A stretch of 37,081 bases of DNA from an uncultured Bacilli bacterium (GTDB lineage: Bacteria; Bacillota_I; Bacilli_A; RF39; UBA660), in the NCBI GenBank assembly GCA_934086255.1, contig CAKOIB010000002.1, positions 1 through 37,081 on the forward strand, given 5' to 3'. Position numbers and translations under genes: made by a program. Numbering within the stretch: position 1 is the stretch's first letter; each line of letters starts with the position of its first letter. The notes beneath the pieces were generated by a model that saw only the letters and a program-made list of their open reading frames with translations, was not told where the DNA came from and made no database searches. This document shows, in pieces, positions 1 to 8,917 of this stretch.

Positions 1-111
1 CCCTAGTATAGTTGTAGGAATTTCTTCTGTTATTAAAGTATAGTTATTTGAAAATAGTTTTTTACCTTTTCCTATCACTGCTTTTGTGACTATTTCTCTA
101 AAACTGCCCAC
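1..111 (-). CDS. CotE-like spore coat protein, N-terminal fragment (the gene runs off the window)
   Basis: The minus-strand translation from GTG at 111 (RBS GAGGGGTGA upstream) reads MGSFREIVTKAVIGKGKKLFSNNYTLITEEIPTTILG. This resembles my memory of the B. subtilis CotE N-terminus (MSEYREIITKAVVAKGRKF...SSILGG). cotE also lies near miaB in Bacillus. Confidence 0.4.
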   Translation of the reverse strand, partial: MGSFREIVTKAVIGKGKKLFSNNYTLITEEIPTTILG

Positions 112-166
112 TATATCACCCCTCAATTTAATTTATGCTAATATAATGGTTTTGTTGACTTTTTTA

Positions 167-1156
167 TTAATAAATATATACTGGGGTTCCAATGGATACC
201 ATTGAATATAGTTTTTGGGCATTGTAATATGGCATATTAATACATCCATGACTACCGTTAGTTTTATATATTTGTCCTCCGAATGATGAGCGCCATGTTG
301 CATCATGTAATCCGTATGCTGTTCCTTTGAATGCTATCCAATAGTATACAAAGCTTGCATAGTCTTTTCCTCTTAAGGTTGTATTCCTTGCTTTGTTTAC
401 TACTTTATATGTTCCAATTGGAGTTGTGTTGTTTAATCCTGTTACTATGCTTGATTTTAGTACTAGTTTATCTTTTTGATAATATCTTAGTGTTTGTGTT
501 GGTATTGATACTTCAATGAAAGTTCCTTTGTAGTTTGATTTTTCGTTTTTTGGATAAGTATATTTTGGTTTTGGTTTTGGTTTTTCTTTTACTGTAACAT
601 TTACTGTTTTTTCTGTTTTATTTCCACTTGAATCTACAACGGAGTATTTTACTGTGTATTTGCCTGCTTTTTTAGTATTTACGTTTGATGTTACTTTAAC
701 TTTTTTGGTGATATTTCCATCTACATTGTCTATTGCTTTGTAGTTTGGAGTTTTAAAATTATCACCAACTTGTTTAGTAATTTGTGTTTTTCCTTCGACT
801 GTAAGGACTGGTTTTGTGGTATCGACTACTTTTATTTTCCTTTTTAATTCTTTTTGTTTTTTTATTTTGTCAAAGTTTAAAGTATAACTTATTTCATATT
901 CTCCGATGGCATTAATATTTAAGTTTGATAGTACTTTGACATCTGTTTCTTTGTCTTTTTTATTTACTATGGCAATATATCCTGGATCTTTGTATTCTTT
1001 TCCTACTTCAAGAGTTAGTGTTTCTTCTCCATTTAGCTTAAACGTTGCATTGTTAAAATCATCTATCATTTTAAAATATAGGCTTAAACCTGCAGTTATT
1101 ACTAATACTATAATAATCGGAATAATTGTTAATATTATTTTTTTCTTATTGCCCAT
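167..1156 (-). CDS. L,D-transpeptidase (YkuD domain) with an N-terminal TM anchor and Ig-like repeats
   Basis: The C-terminal motif GLHDATWR...GSHGCINMP is the YkuD catalytic His/Cys signature. The middle holds repeated DTTKPVL / VDGNITKKV Ig-like modules. There is an N-terminal hydrophobic helix and a GGTGA RBS. Confidence 0.85.
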   Translation of the reverse strand: MGNKKKIILTIIPIIIVLVITAGLSLYFKMIDDFNNATFKLNGEETLTLEVGKEYKDPGYIAIVNKKDKETDVKVLSNLNINAIGEYEISYTLNFDKIKKQKELKRKIKVVDTTKPVLTVEGKTQITKQVGDNFKTPNYKAIDNVDGNITKKVKVTSNVNTKKAGKYTVKYSVVDSSGNKTEKTVNVTVKEKPKPKPKYTYPKNEKSNYKGTFIEVSIPTQTLRYYQKDKLVLKSSIVTGLNNTTPIGTYKVVNKARNTTLRGKDYASFVYYWIAFKGTAYGLHDATWRSSFGGQIYKTNGSHGCINMPYYNAQKLYSMVSIGTPVYIY

Positions 1157-1221
1157 AGTTTCACCAATTATATAGTATCATATTTTTTTGTTTTTACAAA
1201 TAGTTTTAAAAAAAGAATATG

Positions 1222-2628
1222 TTATTTTACATATTCTCCATCTAGACTCCAAGTTTTTACGCCTGTTATTTTTACATCTACTATTTTGCCTATTATGTCT
1301 TTTGGCCCTTTTAGGTTTACTAGTTTATTAGTATCGGTGTAGCCCATTAACATATCATTCTTGTCACTTGGCCCTTCGACTAAAACTTTTACTGTTTTAT
1401 TTAATAGCTTTTCGTTATTTTCAAGGGCATATTTATTTATTAGTTCATTTAATTTATATAATCTTTCTTCTTTTTCTTCTAAAGAGATGTTATCTTGCAT
1501 TTTTTCTGCAGGTGTTCCTACTCTTTTTGAAAATATAAAGGTAAATGCTAGATCAAATTTGCACTTATTTACTAAGTCTAAAGTATCATTAAATTGTTCT
1601 TCTGTCTCATTAGGAAATCCAACGATTATATCAGTTGTTATAGAAACGTTTGGTACTTTTTCTTTTATTTTGTTGAATAATGTTAGGTATTCTTCTTTTG
1701 TATAGCGTCTTCCCATTAGTTTTAGTATTTCGTTGTTTCCTGATTGCACTGGTAAATGAATACTTGGCATTATGTTTTTATATTTTGCTATTGTTTCGAT
1801 CATGTCATCTGTAAAGTCCCATGGATGTGATGTTACAAATCTTATTCTATTGATATTAGTTTTTGCAACATCTGTTAATAAATCTGTCATGGTGTAATCT
1901 ATATTCAAATCTTTTCCATAAGCATTTACATTTTGTCCTAATAGTGTTACTTCTTGATATCCATCTTTTACGAGTTGCTCTACTTCTTTTATGATATCAT
2001 TTGGTTTTCTACTTCTTTGTTTTCCTCTTGTGTATGGTACAATACAGTATGTACAGAACTTATCACATCCATACATTATATTAACAAATGCTTTTACTTT
2101 ACTATTTCTTGTAGTAGGTAGTCCTTCGAGTACTTTTCCTTCACAACTTTGTGCTTCAATTTTTAATTCGTGTTTTTTTAATGAGTCATACACTAATTCA
2201 CTTAATTGTTCTATATTGTGTGTTCCTAATACAAAGTCCATCCATTTGTATTTTTTTAATATTTCTTGTGCTACTACTTCTTCTTGAGCCATGCATCCTG
2301 CAATTCCTACGATTAAGTCTTTTTTAGTACTTTTTAAATGTTTTGCTCTTCCTAACATGCCAAATACTTTATTATGAGCATTTTCTCTTATTGAGCAAGT
2401 ATTTAATAGTACTAGGTCAGCATCTTCCATATTTTCAGTTTCTTTAAAACCCATTTCTTCAAGGATTGCTTTCATGTTTTCGCTATCATGTTCATTCATT
2501 TGACAGCCATATGTTTTTAGAAAGTATTTTTTATTATTTACAACATTTTGATATTTCGTTTCATAATAGTTTGTCTCTACTTCTTTGTTTGTTCTTTTTT
2601 TTGCTTCTTTTAAGTTTGGGATATTCAT
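1222..2628 (-). CDS. miaB: tRNA-i6A37 methylthiotransferase MiaB (radical SAM)
   Basis: Has the N-terminal UPF0004 cysteines (YGCQMN, NTCSIRE, AGCMAQ), the radical-SAM CxxxCxxC motif (CDKFCTYC) and a C-terminal TRAM domain. RBS is GGAGTGA. Confidence 0.95.
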   Translation of the reverse strand: MNIPNLKEAKKRTNKEVETNYYETKYQNVVNNKKYFLKTYGCQMNEHDSENMKAILEEMGFKETENMEDADLVLLNTCSIRENAHNKVFGMLGRAKHLKSTKKDLIVGIAGCMAQEEVVAQEILKKYKWMDFVLGTHNIEQLSELVYDSLKKHELKIEAQSCEGKVLEGLPTTRNSKVKAFVNIMYGCDKFCTYCIVPYTRGKQRSRKPNDIIKEVEQLVKDGYQEVTLLGQNVNAYGKDLNIDYTMTDLLTDVAKTNINRIRFVTSHPWDFTDDMIETIAKYKNIMPSIHLPVQSGNNEILKLMGRRYTKEEYLTLFNKIKEKVPNVSITTDIIVGFPNETEEQFNDTLDLVNKCKFDLAFTFIFSKRVGTPAEKMQDNISLEEKEERLYKLNELINKYALENNEKLLNKTVKVLVEGPSDKNDMLMGYTDTNKLVNLKGPKDIIGKIVDVKITGVKTWSLDGEYVK

Positions 2629-2688
2629 AATTCATCACTCCAGTTATAGATTATAAAAGAAAAAAGTAAATTAATCAAGTAATTTACT

Positions 2689-3375
2689 TTAAACTTCTTG
2701 TAATACACTATATACAATATTATCTAAATATTTTATTTCATTGTTTTGCACGTGATTTTTTATTTCTTCAAAATTCTTTGTAATAGTATTTACTATTTTT
2801 TCTACTTTTGGTAATAATTCTTTATCAACAAGATTGTCAATAATTATTTCCAAGTTATTCATTTTAGAATAAATACCATAGTTATTACTTCTTATATAGT
2901 TTTCATATAAGTTTTTAAAGGATACTAGATCTATATTATTAAATCTATCATCTTCGAGTATTTTTACTGTTGTATATATGTAATGTTCATTGATTGATTT
3001 ATCTAGAATTGTTTCTCCTTTTTTATTCCTAATATTTGGAATAAAGTTTTTATTTTTTTGTAGTTGTTTTATTATTTCTAGAACTTCGCGATAGTTTTTT
3101 GATACTAAAATATGTGCGAATGTTTCTCCTTGTTTATTTTGATGGTTTACCTGCCATTCTTTGTTTTTCATGTGTTTTAAAACAACTTCATACCATCCTT
3201 TTTTTAACATTATCATTAAGATACTATCTTCATTTTCATTTGAAAGGTTAATATCTATTATTTTTTTTGATAATATTTTGTTTACTAATTCGACATGATT
3301 CTCATTTATCAAGTCGAATATCTGGGACGGTTCTTCTTCAACAACTTTCATTGTCACTTGTTCATCATAAAACAT
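2689..3375 (-). CDS. hypothetical protein with ankyrin-repeat-like segments
   Basis: Clean ORF with an AGAGGTG RBS and its own promoter. Segments such as QGETFAHILVSKNYREVLEIIKQL and KGETILDKSI resemble ANK repeats (G-xT-xLH...). The functional assignment is weak. Confidence 0.55.
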   Translation of the reverse strand: MFYDEQVTMKVVEEEPSQIFDLINENHVELVNKILSKKIIDINLSNENEDSILMIMLKKGWYEVVLKHMKNKEWQVNHQNKQGETFAHILVSKNYREVLEIIKQLQKNKNFIPNIRNKKGETILDKSINEHYIYTTVKILEDDRFNNIDLVSFKNLYENYIRSNNYGIYSKMNNLEIIIDNLVDKELLPKVEKIVNTITKNFEEIKNHVQNNEIKYLDNIVYSVLQEV

Positions 3376-3411
3376 TATTTACTACACCTCTTTCACACGC
3401 GACAATTAAAT

Positions 3412-3440
3412 ATTTTACTAGCATTTTTTGATTTTGTCAA
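3412..3440 (-). promoter_or_regulatory. sigma-A-type promoter for the ankyrin-like gene
   Basis: The minus strand reads TTGACA (3440-3435), a 17-nt spacer, then TAAAAT (3417-3412), about 35 nt upstream of the start codon. Confidence 0.45.
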
Positions 3441-3502
3441 GTTTTGTGGGTTTGGGTATGATGTAAATATATGTAAATTAAATGTTATATTTCTTTATTT
3501 AA

Positions 3503-3576
3503 TGGTGCCGATTAACAGAATTGAACTGTTCTCTGATGCTTACCATGCATCTGTTTTACCACTAAACTAAATCGGC
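3503..3576 (-). tRNA. tRNA-Thr (anticodon GGU)
   Basis: A 74-nt cloverleaf. Acceptor GCCGATT/AATCGGC, D stem GTTT/AAAC, anticodon stem GATGC/GCATC with loop AUGGUAA, T arm AACAG-TTCAATT-CTGTT, and an encoded CCA. Confidence 0.9.
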
Positions 3577-3586
3577 GAATATATAG

Positions 3587-3608
3587 TAAAACCCTTGATA
3601 TACAAGGG
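3587..3608 (-). terminator. hairpin downstream of ssrA (possible weak terminator or processing element)
   Basis: CCCTTG-N5-CAAGGG is followed on the minus strand by TTTTA. It lies between the tmRNA 3' end and tRNA-Thr. Confidence 0.35.
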
Positions 3609-3621
3609 ATAATTAACATAA

Positions 3622-3962
3622 TGGTGGAGATGAGGAGAATCGAACTCCTGTCCAAAAGCAAACTAATTTAAACGTCTACAAGTTTAGTTGATTAAGATTT
3701 TTCATTACTTACAGAATAACCAACAATTAAATAAGTAACTATCTTACTAATATTCATTACTATTCGTAAGAAAAATAGTAATATAGTCTGCTAGGTATTA
3801 CCCTTAAATATTCCCACAGACTAGGAATATAGAAGAGTTTTGCTTTTTTATACTAAGCAAATGCTAAATTTCTGTTTCCAGTTATATTTAATTGTGCATT
3901 TAAAGATTGCCATCTACTTGCAGTTTAAATCGTATTACTCCTGTCGAAACCATATCATCCCC
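3622..3962 (-). ncRNA. ssrA: tmRNA (SsrA)
   Basis: The 5' end is GGGGATGATATGGTTTCGACAGG and the 3' end is GGACAGGAGTTCGATTCTCCTCATCTCCACCA. These form a tRNA-Ala-like acceptor stem with a G3:U pair. The internal tag frame ends ...GNRNLAFA-TAG (about 3853-3897). It is adjacent to smpB. Confidence 0.93.
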
Positions 3963-3971
3963 GTTGAGCAA

Positions 3972-4000
3972 ATTATATCATAAATATGCTATTTATTCAA
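3972..4000 (-). promoter_or_regulatory. ssrA promoter
   Basis: The minus strand reads TTGAAT (4000-3995), a 17-nt spacer, then TATAAT (3977-3972), 9 nt upstream of the GGGG 5' end. The -35 box abuts the stop codon of the upstream HTH gene. Confidence 0.55.
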
Positions 4001-4985
4001 TAATTTTTTGGTATTGTTTATCTGTTTTTAGGATTTTGTCTTTTATTAATCTAAAATGTGCAAATTCTATTACAATATTATTTTTCTTACAGATTGCATC
4101 TATATTATATATGTTTTCTTTTATATTTTTGTATATTTCATTTGGTACCATTTCGTTTAGAGCAAATTGTTCTTGTTTTTCTATTGTTTCATTTTTTAAG
4201 GATAGAATAGTTGATTTTTTAAGTTTATTAAAATAACTTTTTACTTTGCTTAATTCATAGTATAGTGAATAATAAAACTCTGCTTTATCTTTTATATTTT
4301 TATTTATGTATATTGCTGGATTTATTCCTTTTACTTGGGAACATGCTCTTATATTTTTATCTAGAGATTCTTCTAGTACTAAGTATATTCCATAATTGTT
4401 TAATAGTTCGGTTATTCCTCCTATTGTATTTTCTTGTTTTTTTAATTTTTTTAGAAGTAAAGGCAGGTTTTTTGAATTGTATGCTTTTACTTCTTGTCTT
4501 TTTGCTAGTTTGTCGCATCTTTTTATCCATACAAATGCTCCAGTTTTATCTTTTATTTCTTCTTGGGATATTATTTTATTATTGAAGTAATCTTCAAATT
4601 GATCAAATGTTCTTAAATTAATATATTCTAAAAGATTTATAGCATTTGTTACATATGATGTTTTGTCTTCTAATGTAATCCATCCTAGTTTATATATTTC
4701 TTTTAGTTTGAAAGTTTCTAAATAGTTATTTATTTCTTGCTCATCTTTAAACTTATTTTTCAAATAATTATACATTCTTTTTTTTGTTTCTACTTGCATT
4801 ATATAGTTTGGTTCTATCTCTGTTAGAAGGCTTATTGCAATCATTAGATCTATTGATATTTCAGTTACTTCATTTAGTATTTCATTCATATGTTTTTGAG
4901 TTATTCCTAATCTTTGTGCAAAGTCAACTTGTGATATTTTATAAAACTCTAAGTACTCTTTTAATACTGTTCCAAATCCAGACAT
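3993..4985 (-). CDS. XRE/HigA-type HTH protein fused to a degenerate ImmA/IrrE-like domain
   Basis: The N-terminus (FAQRLGITQKHMNEILN...ISIDLMIAISLL) is a HigA/VapI-like HTH. The C-terminal half follows the ImmA/IrrE layout (GIYLVLEE...VKGINPAIYINKN...EFYYSLYYELSKV), but the HExxH position reads YELSK. The start is taken at ATG 4985, which has a GGAAGTGA RBS, rather than at the ORF-track start 5015. Confidence 0.7.
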   Translation of the reverse strand: MSGFGTVLKEYLEFYKISQVDFAQRLGITQKHMNEILNEVTEISIDLMIAISLLTEIEPNYIMQVETKKRMYNYLKNKFKDEQEINNYLETFKLKEIYKLGWITLEDKTSYVTNAINLLEYINLRTFDQFEDYFNNKIISQEEIKDKTGAFVWIKRCDKLAKRQEVKAYNSKNLPLLLKKLKKQENTIGGITELLNNYGIYLVLEESLDKNIRACSQVKGINPAIYINKNIKDKAEFYYSLYYELSKVKSYFNKLKKSTILSLKNETIEKQEQFALNEMVPNEIYKNIKENIYNIDAICKKNNIVIEFAHFRLIKDKILKTDKQYQKIIE

Positions 4986-5032
4986 ATTATCACTTCCTTG
5001 TATATATAATAACATATTAAGTTTATATATGT

Positions 5033-5069
5033 AAATAAAAGAATTGAAATTATTTTTCTTTCAATTCTT
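5033..5069 (-). terminator. intrinsic terminator after smpB
   Basis: An 11-bp stem, AAGAATTGAAA / TTTCAATTCTT, spans the smpB stop codon. On the minus strand it is followed by TTTTATTT. Confidence 0.5.
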
Positions 5070-5487
5070 TGTTTATTCTTCTTTGGATGTCTTTTTCTTT
5101 TAATGATTCTCTTTTATCATAGTTCTTTTTACCTTTGCAGACTCCTAGAAGTACTTTTACTTTATTTTTATTAAAATATATTTTTAACGGAATAAGTGTA
5201 TAGCCTTCTTTTTCTATTTTATCTCTTAGTTTTAATATTTCTTTTTTATGTAGTAATAGTTTTCTAGTTCTTGTCTCATCTTTTATGAATGCTCCGGTTT
5301 TGTCATAGGTTTTTATGAACATATTTATTACATAGACTTCATTTTTTCTAATGATTGCATAGCTATCTTTGATATTACATGTTCCTTGTCTTATGGATTT
5401 TACTTCGTTTCCTAGTAGCTCTATTCCACATTCGTATTCGTCTTCGATAAAGTAATCGTATTTTGCTTTTCTATTTAGTATTTCCAT
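5050..5487 (-). CDS. smpB: SsrA-binding protein SmpB
   Basis: Typical SmpB length and sequence (NRKAKYDYFIED...GIEL.GNEVKS...LLLHKKEI). Sits in the rnr-smpB-ssrA synteny. Confidence 0.95.
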   Translation of the reverse strand: MEILNRKAKYDYFIEDEYECGIELLGNEVKSIRQGTCNIKDSYAIIRKNEVYVINMFIKTYDKTGAFIKDETRTRKLLLHKKEILKLRDKIEKEGYTLIPLKIYFNKNKVKVLLGVCKGKKNYDKRESLKEKDIQRRINKELKEK

Positions 5488-7579
5488 TTTGTTTTACCTT
5501 TTTTACTTTATTATTTGATTTTTTTATTGGTTCGAAGTCTATTTCATAGCTTTCAGGATCACTTCTTGTTAGTGTTACTTCAATTGTGTCTCCAAGACGA
5601 TATACTTTATTGGTTCTTTCTCCGATTATTATTTGTAATTCTTCGTCATAGTTATAATAATCATCCATTGTTTCAAAGCCTAATCTTCCTTCGACTAGAT
5701 TGTCTAGTTCGATAAACATTCCATTTTTAGTGAAACCGTTTATTTTTCCTATAAATTGTTCTCCAACTTTATTTTGCATGAATTGTGCCATTCTATATTT
5801 ATTTGCTTGTTTTTCGCATTTTTCTGCAGATATTTCTTGGTGTGATGAGTGTATGGCGATTTCTTCTAATTTTGATTTGTATAAATCTTGCATTAGTTTA
5901 TCAAATTCACCATTTAGTATTAGATGCAGCACTCTATGAATTGTTGTGTCTGGATATCTTCTTATTGGGCTTGTAAAGTGTGTGTAGTATTCTCCTTTTC
6001 TTGAGTCTACCCCAATTCCAAAGTGTCCTTGTTTTTGTGTTGTGTATTTTGCTTTAGCCATGCATCTTAGAATCATTTGTGTAAATAAATCTTTATTTTC
6101 TTTTGTTTCTAGTTCTTTTAGAATGTTTTGTATTACTTTTGGATCTGACATATTGACTTTAGTGTTTATATCTACTCCGTATGTTTTAAGTATAGTGAGA
6201 GTATTTTTTAGTCTTTCTTCGTCTGGGTATTCATGAACACGATAGATTGATTCTACTCCCATGTTATAGATGTATGTTGCTACTGTTTCATTGGCCGCTA
6301 ACATGAAGTCTTCGATTAATGTTTCTCCAGTGTCTTGTATTCGTAGTTCGATGCTTTCTACTTCGTCATTTTCATTTATATTTATTTTCTTTTCAGGAAG
6401 GTCAAAGTTTAACATTCCTCTTTTTTCCCTTGATGTTCTTAGTATTTTTGCTAATTCTTCCATTTTATTTAGTGCTTCAACATATTTTTCATAATCTTCT
6501 TCTACTACGTTTTCATTTAGTATTTTATTTACTTTTTTATATGTCATCTGAATATTTGAATGAATTACGCTTTTGAATATATCAAATGTTATTAAGTTGC
6601 CTTTTTTATCAAATTCCATTTCGCATGATAGGGCTAGTCTATCAACGTCTGGATTTAGGGAACATATTCCATTTGATAGTTGTGGTGGGTACATTGGGCT
6701 TACGACTCCTGGCATGTAGACACTTGTTGCTTTTTCTCTTGCTTCTAGATCTAGTTTTGAGTTTTCTTTTACATAGTTTGTTACGTCTGCGATATGGACT
6801 CCTAGTTTATAGTTGTCGTTTTCTAGTATATCAATTGAAATAGCATCGTCTATGTCTTTTGTATCGTCGCCATCGATTGTAAATATTATTTTGTCTCTTA
6901 GGTCTTTTCTTCCTTCAAGATCTTTTTCTAATACTGATGATGGTATGTAGTCTAGTTCTTTTAATGCTTCTTCAGTGAATCCTATTGTGAAATTATTGGC
7001 ATATAATATTTTGTTTTCTTCTAGTTTTGGAGCGTTTTTGTGACCAATTATGGTGTCTAGGGTAGCACGATAGTATTTTCCTTCTTTTGTTTTGTCTATT
7101 TTTATACCTATTAGCATACCATCTACTATTTTATCATCTAGGTTTATTTTATACATGTCTTTTCCTACAACTGCGTATCTTTCTTTATTAATGGTTTTTA
7201 CTTCTGCAATTATTCCTTTTCTTTCTATTATCTTTTTAATGGTTCCTGTGTTATTATTGAAGTCTGTTATTCTTGCTAGTACTTTATCTCCTTCAAAGCA
7301 CATTTTTTTGTAGTCTTTGTTTACGTTTATTGTTTTATTATCATAAGATACGTAACAATCGCCATTTCTTTTAATGTGAAAGATTCCTTCGACGAATGGA
7401 TTAAGGGTATAGTTGTCTCCGCCTACACAGTAGATTAGTTGTTTTTCTTTTAAATCTTCGATTACTTCTAAAAATTGTTCATATGTATAGTTTGTATAAC
7501 CACTTTTTTTATAAATATCTTTTAGGTTAATAGCGTTGTTTCTTGATATTTCTAATATATCTAGTATTTTTTCTTTCAT
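5471..7579 (-). CDS. rnr: ribonuclease R
   Basis: RNB catalytic domain (TIDGDDTKDIDDA, HFGIG...YTHFTSPIRRYPD), cold-shock-like N-terminal domains and a C-terminal S1 domain. GGTGA RBS. Confidence 0.95.
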   Translation of the reverse strand: MKEKILDILEISRNNAINLKDIYKKSGYTNYTYEQFLEVIEDLKEKQLIYCVGGDNYTLNPFVEGIFHIKRNGDCYVSYDNKTINVNKDYKKMCFEGDKVLARITDFNNNTGTIKKIIERKGIIAEVKTINKERYAVVGKDMYKINLDDKIVDGMLIGIKIDKTKEGKYYRATLDTIIGHKNAPKLEENKILYANNFTIGFTEEALKELDYIPSSVLEKDLEGRKDLRDKIIFTIDGDDTKDIDDAISIDILENDNYKLGVHIADVTNYVKENSKLDLEAREKATSVYMPGVVSPMYPPQLSNGICSLNPDVDRLALSCEMEFDKKGNLITFDIFKSVIHSNIQMTYKKVNKILNENVVEEDYEKYVEALNKMEELAKILRTSREKRGMLNFDLPEKKININENDEVESIELRIQDTGETLIEDFMLAANETVATYIYNMGVESIYRVHEYPDEERLKNTLTILKTYGVDINTKVNMSDPKVIQNILKELETKENKDLFTQMILRCMAKAKYTTQKQGHFGIGVDSRKGEYYTHFTSPIRRYPDTTIHRVLHLILNGEFDKLMQDLYKSKLEEIAIHSSHQEISAEKCEKQANKYRMAQFMQNKVGEQFIGKINGFTKNGMFIELDNLVEGRLGFETMDDYYNYDEELQIIIGERTNKVYRLGDTIEVTLTRSDPESYEIDFEPIKKSNNKVKKVKQNGNTK

Positions 7580-7604
7580 TTATATCACCTGTCTATATAA
7601 TACC

Positions 7605-7632
7605 ACAAAAAAAACAGAATTACATCTGTTTT
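7605..7632 (-). terminator. intrinsic terminator after secG
   Basis: The minus strand reads AAAACAGATGTAATTCTGTTTTTTTT, a stem (ACAGA/TCTGT, extended) followed by a T run. Confidence 0.5.
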
Positions 7633-7633
7633 A

Positions 7634-7858
7634 TTAAATAAATGAAATTACAGTACATATTATTACGAATAGTAATCCTAGTACTAGTGTTGCTCTACTT
7701 ATTACTAGTTCACTACCACGTTCTTTTCTATTTTTAAATAGATCGCTTGTTGAGCCACTGAAGATTGCTCCAGCATCGTCTGATTTACCACTTTGTAATA
7801 ATACTAATATAATTAATAAAACGCAAATTACTAATAATGCTATTTCTAATATTGTCAT
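7634..7858 (-). CDS. secG: preprotein translocase subunit SecG
   Basis: A 74-aa protein with two TM helices and the LLQSGKSDD.G motif. GGGAGG RBS. Sits in the secG-rnr-smpB synteny. Confidence 0.9.
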   Translation of the reverse strand: MTILEIALLVICVLLIILVLLQSGKSDDAGAIFSGSTSDLFKNRKERGSELVISRATLVLGLLFVIICTVISFI

Positions 7859-7919
7859 AGTACGCCTCCCTAAATAACTAAGAGTATTTTAACATATTTT
7901 TTTTTGTAAATCAATAGTT

Positions 7920-8882
7920 TTAGATAAAACCTATTAACCAAAAATAGATATAGATGCTTACTATTATTATGGAAGGAATTATATATGTTAGTTTTGATAT
8001 AGTTTTAGTTCTAATGTTTTGAAGAAGGCTTATTATTATAAATATTAGACCTAGGATGAGAATTGTTGTTGTGTGATTGTCTATTTGTTTATATATTGAT
8101 GATGGTTTATATATAATGTCTGAAAATGATAAAACTACCAAATTGAACAGGTTGCTTCCTATGATGTCTTGTAGTGCTAAATCGTAGTTATCTATTGATA
8201 TTAAGGTATAGAATGTTATGACTTCTGGTAGGCTTGTTGTTATTCCTAGTAGTATTGCTCCGATTAGTCCGCTTGAAAATGATGGGTGTGTACTTGCTAT
8301 GTTATTAACAAATGTTGTTAATAACACACTTGATGCTATCATAAGGATTGAAGTTATTAACAATTTTTCTTTAATATTTTTTATTTGTCTTATTTCTGTT
8401 TTAGTTTGTTCTTCTTTACTTTTAGGTAATAGTTTAATGTATATCAAGTATAATATTATAATAATGATGGTAGGAAGACTTATGTTTAGGATTGTTATAT
8501 TTATTTTATCTTTTATAAATAGATAGATTGTTAAATAATTTATTATTAATATTAAATAAGTTAAATAATTTGTTTTTGTTGTTTTTGTCGTATATATCTT
8601 TTTTATAAATATAATATCTAGGAGTGCTGTTATGAATATATTGAAGAGATTACTTCCTAGGATGTCTCCGAGTGCTAATAAGGGGTTTTTTAATAATACT
8701 GCTGATGTACATGTTATTAGTTCTGGTAATGATGTTACTCCCGCTAATAAGAGGCCTCCGATTACTGCTTTTGATATGTTGCTGGTTTTGCTTAGATTGT
8801 CTGCGTATATTGATAGTTTAATGCTTAAGAATACTGTTAAGAATGCAAATATTAAAAAAAATATCTCGTTCACTATAATCAC
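7920..8882 (-). CDS. Ca2+/cation antiporter family (CaCA, YrbG-like) membrane protein
   Basis: A polytopic membrane protein with two alpha-repeat motifs (GDILGSNLFNI and IGSNLFNLVV). The start is ambiguous: GTG at 8882, or GTG at 8873 which has an AGGTGA RBS. Confidence 0.8.
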   Translation of the reverse strand: MIIVNEIFFLIFAFLTVFLSIKLSIYADNLSKTSNISKAVIGGLLLAGVTSLPELITCTSAVLLKNPLLALGDILGSNLFNIFITALLDIIFIKKIYTTKTTKTNYLTYLILIINYLTIYLFIKDKINITILNISLPTIIIIILYLIYIKLLPKSKEEQTKTEIRQIKNIKEKLLITSILMIASSVLLTTFVNNIASTHPSFSSGLIGAILLGITTSLPEVITFYTLISIDNYDLALQDIIGSNLFNLVVLSFSDIIYKPSSIYKQIDNHTTTILILGLIFIIISLLQNIRTKTISKLTYIIPSIIIVSIYIYFWLIGFI

Positions 8883-8917
8883 CTATTAATTTATATGTGT
8901 AACGAAATATTTTAAAA

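Noticed and set aside
2745-2760. CACGTG-containing sequence (TTTTGCACGTGATTTT) inside the ankyrin-like gene, plus look-alikes TTTTTCACGTTTTTA (16955-16975) and TTATTTCCCC (about 19023-19042).
   Set aside because: Only one half-site or the central hexamer matches. There are several mismatches to parS or NBS and no dyad symmetry.
3622-5015. A genomic island or prophage remnant integrated at ssrA.
   Set aside because: There is no integrase and no duplicated copy of the tmRNA 3' end. The extra gene also lies upstream of the tmRNA 5' end, whereas ssrA-targeting elements integrate at the 3' end.
8301-8325. An inverted pair of the DnaA-box-like 9-mer (GTTATTAACA-N5-TGTTAATAAC) inside the CaCA transporter gene. 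Single copies also occur inside dnaA (25628) and dnaX (36631).
   Set aside because: These lie within coding sequence (encoding ...TTFVNNI... and similar) and are probably chance occurrences of an AT-rich 9-mer. They are recorded because they temper the DnaA-box interpretation of the spacer copies.
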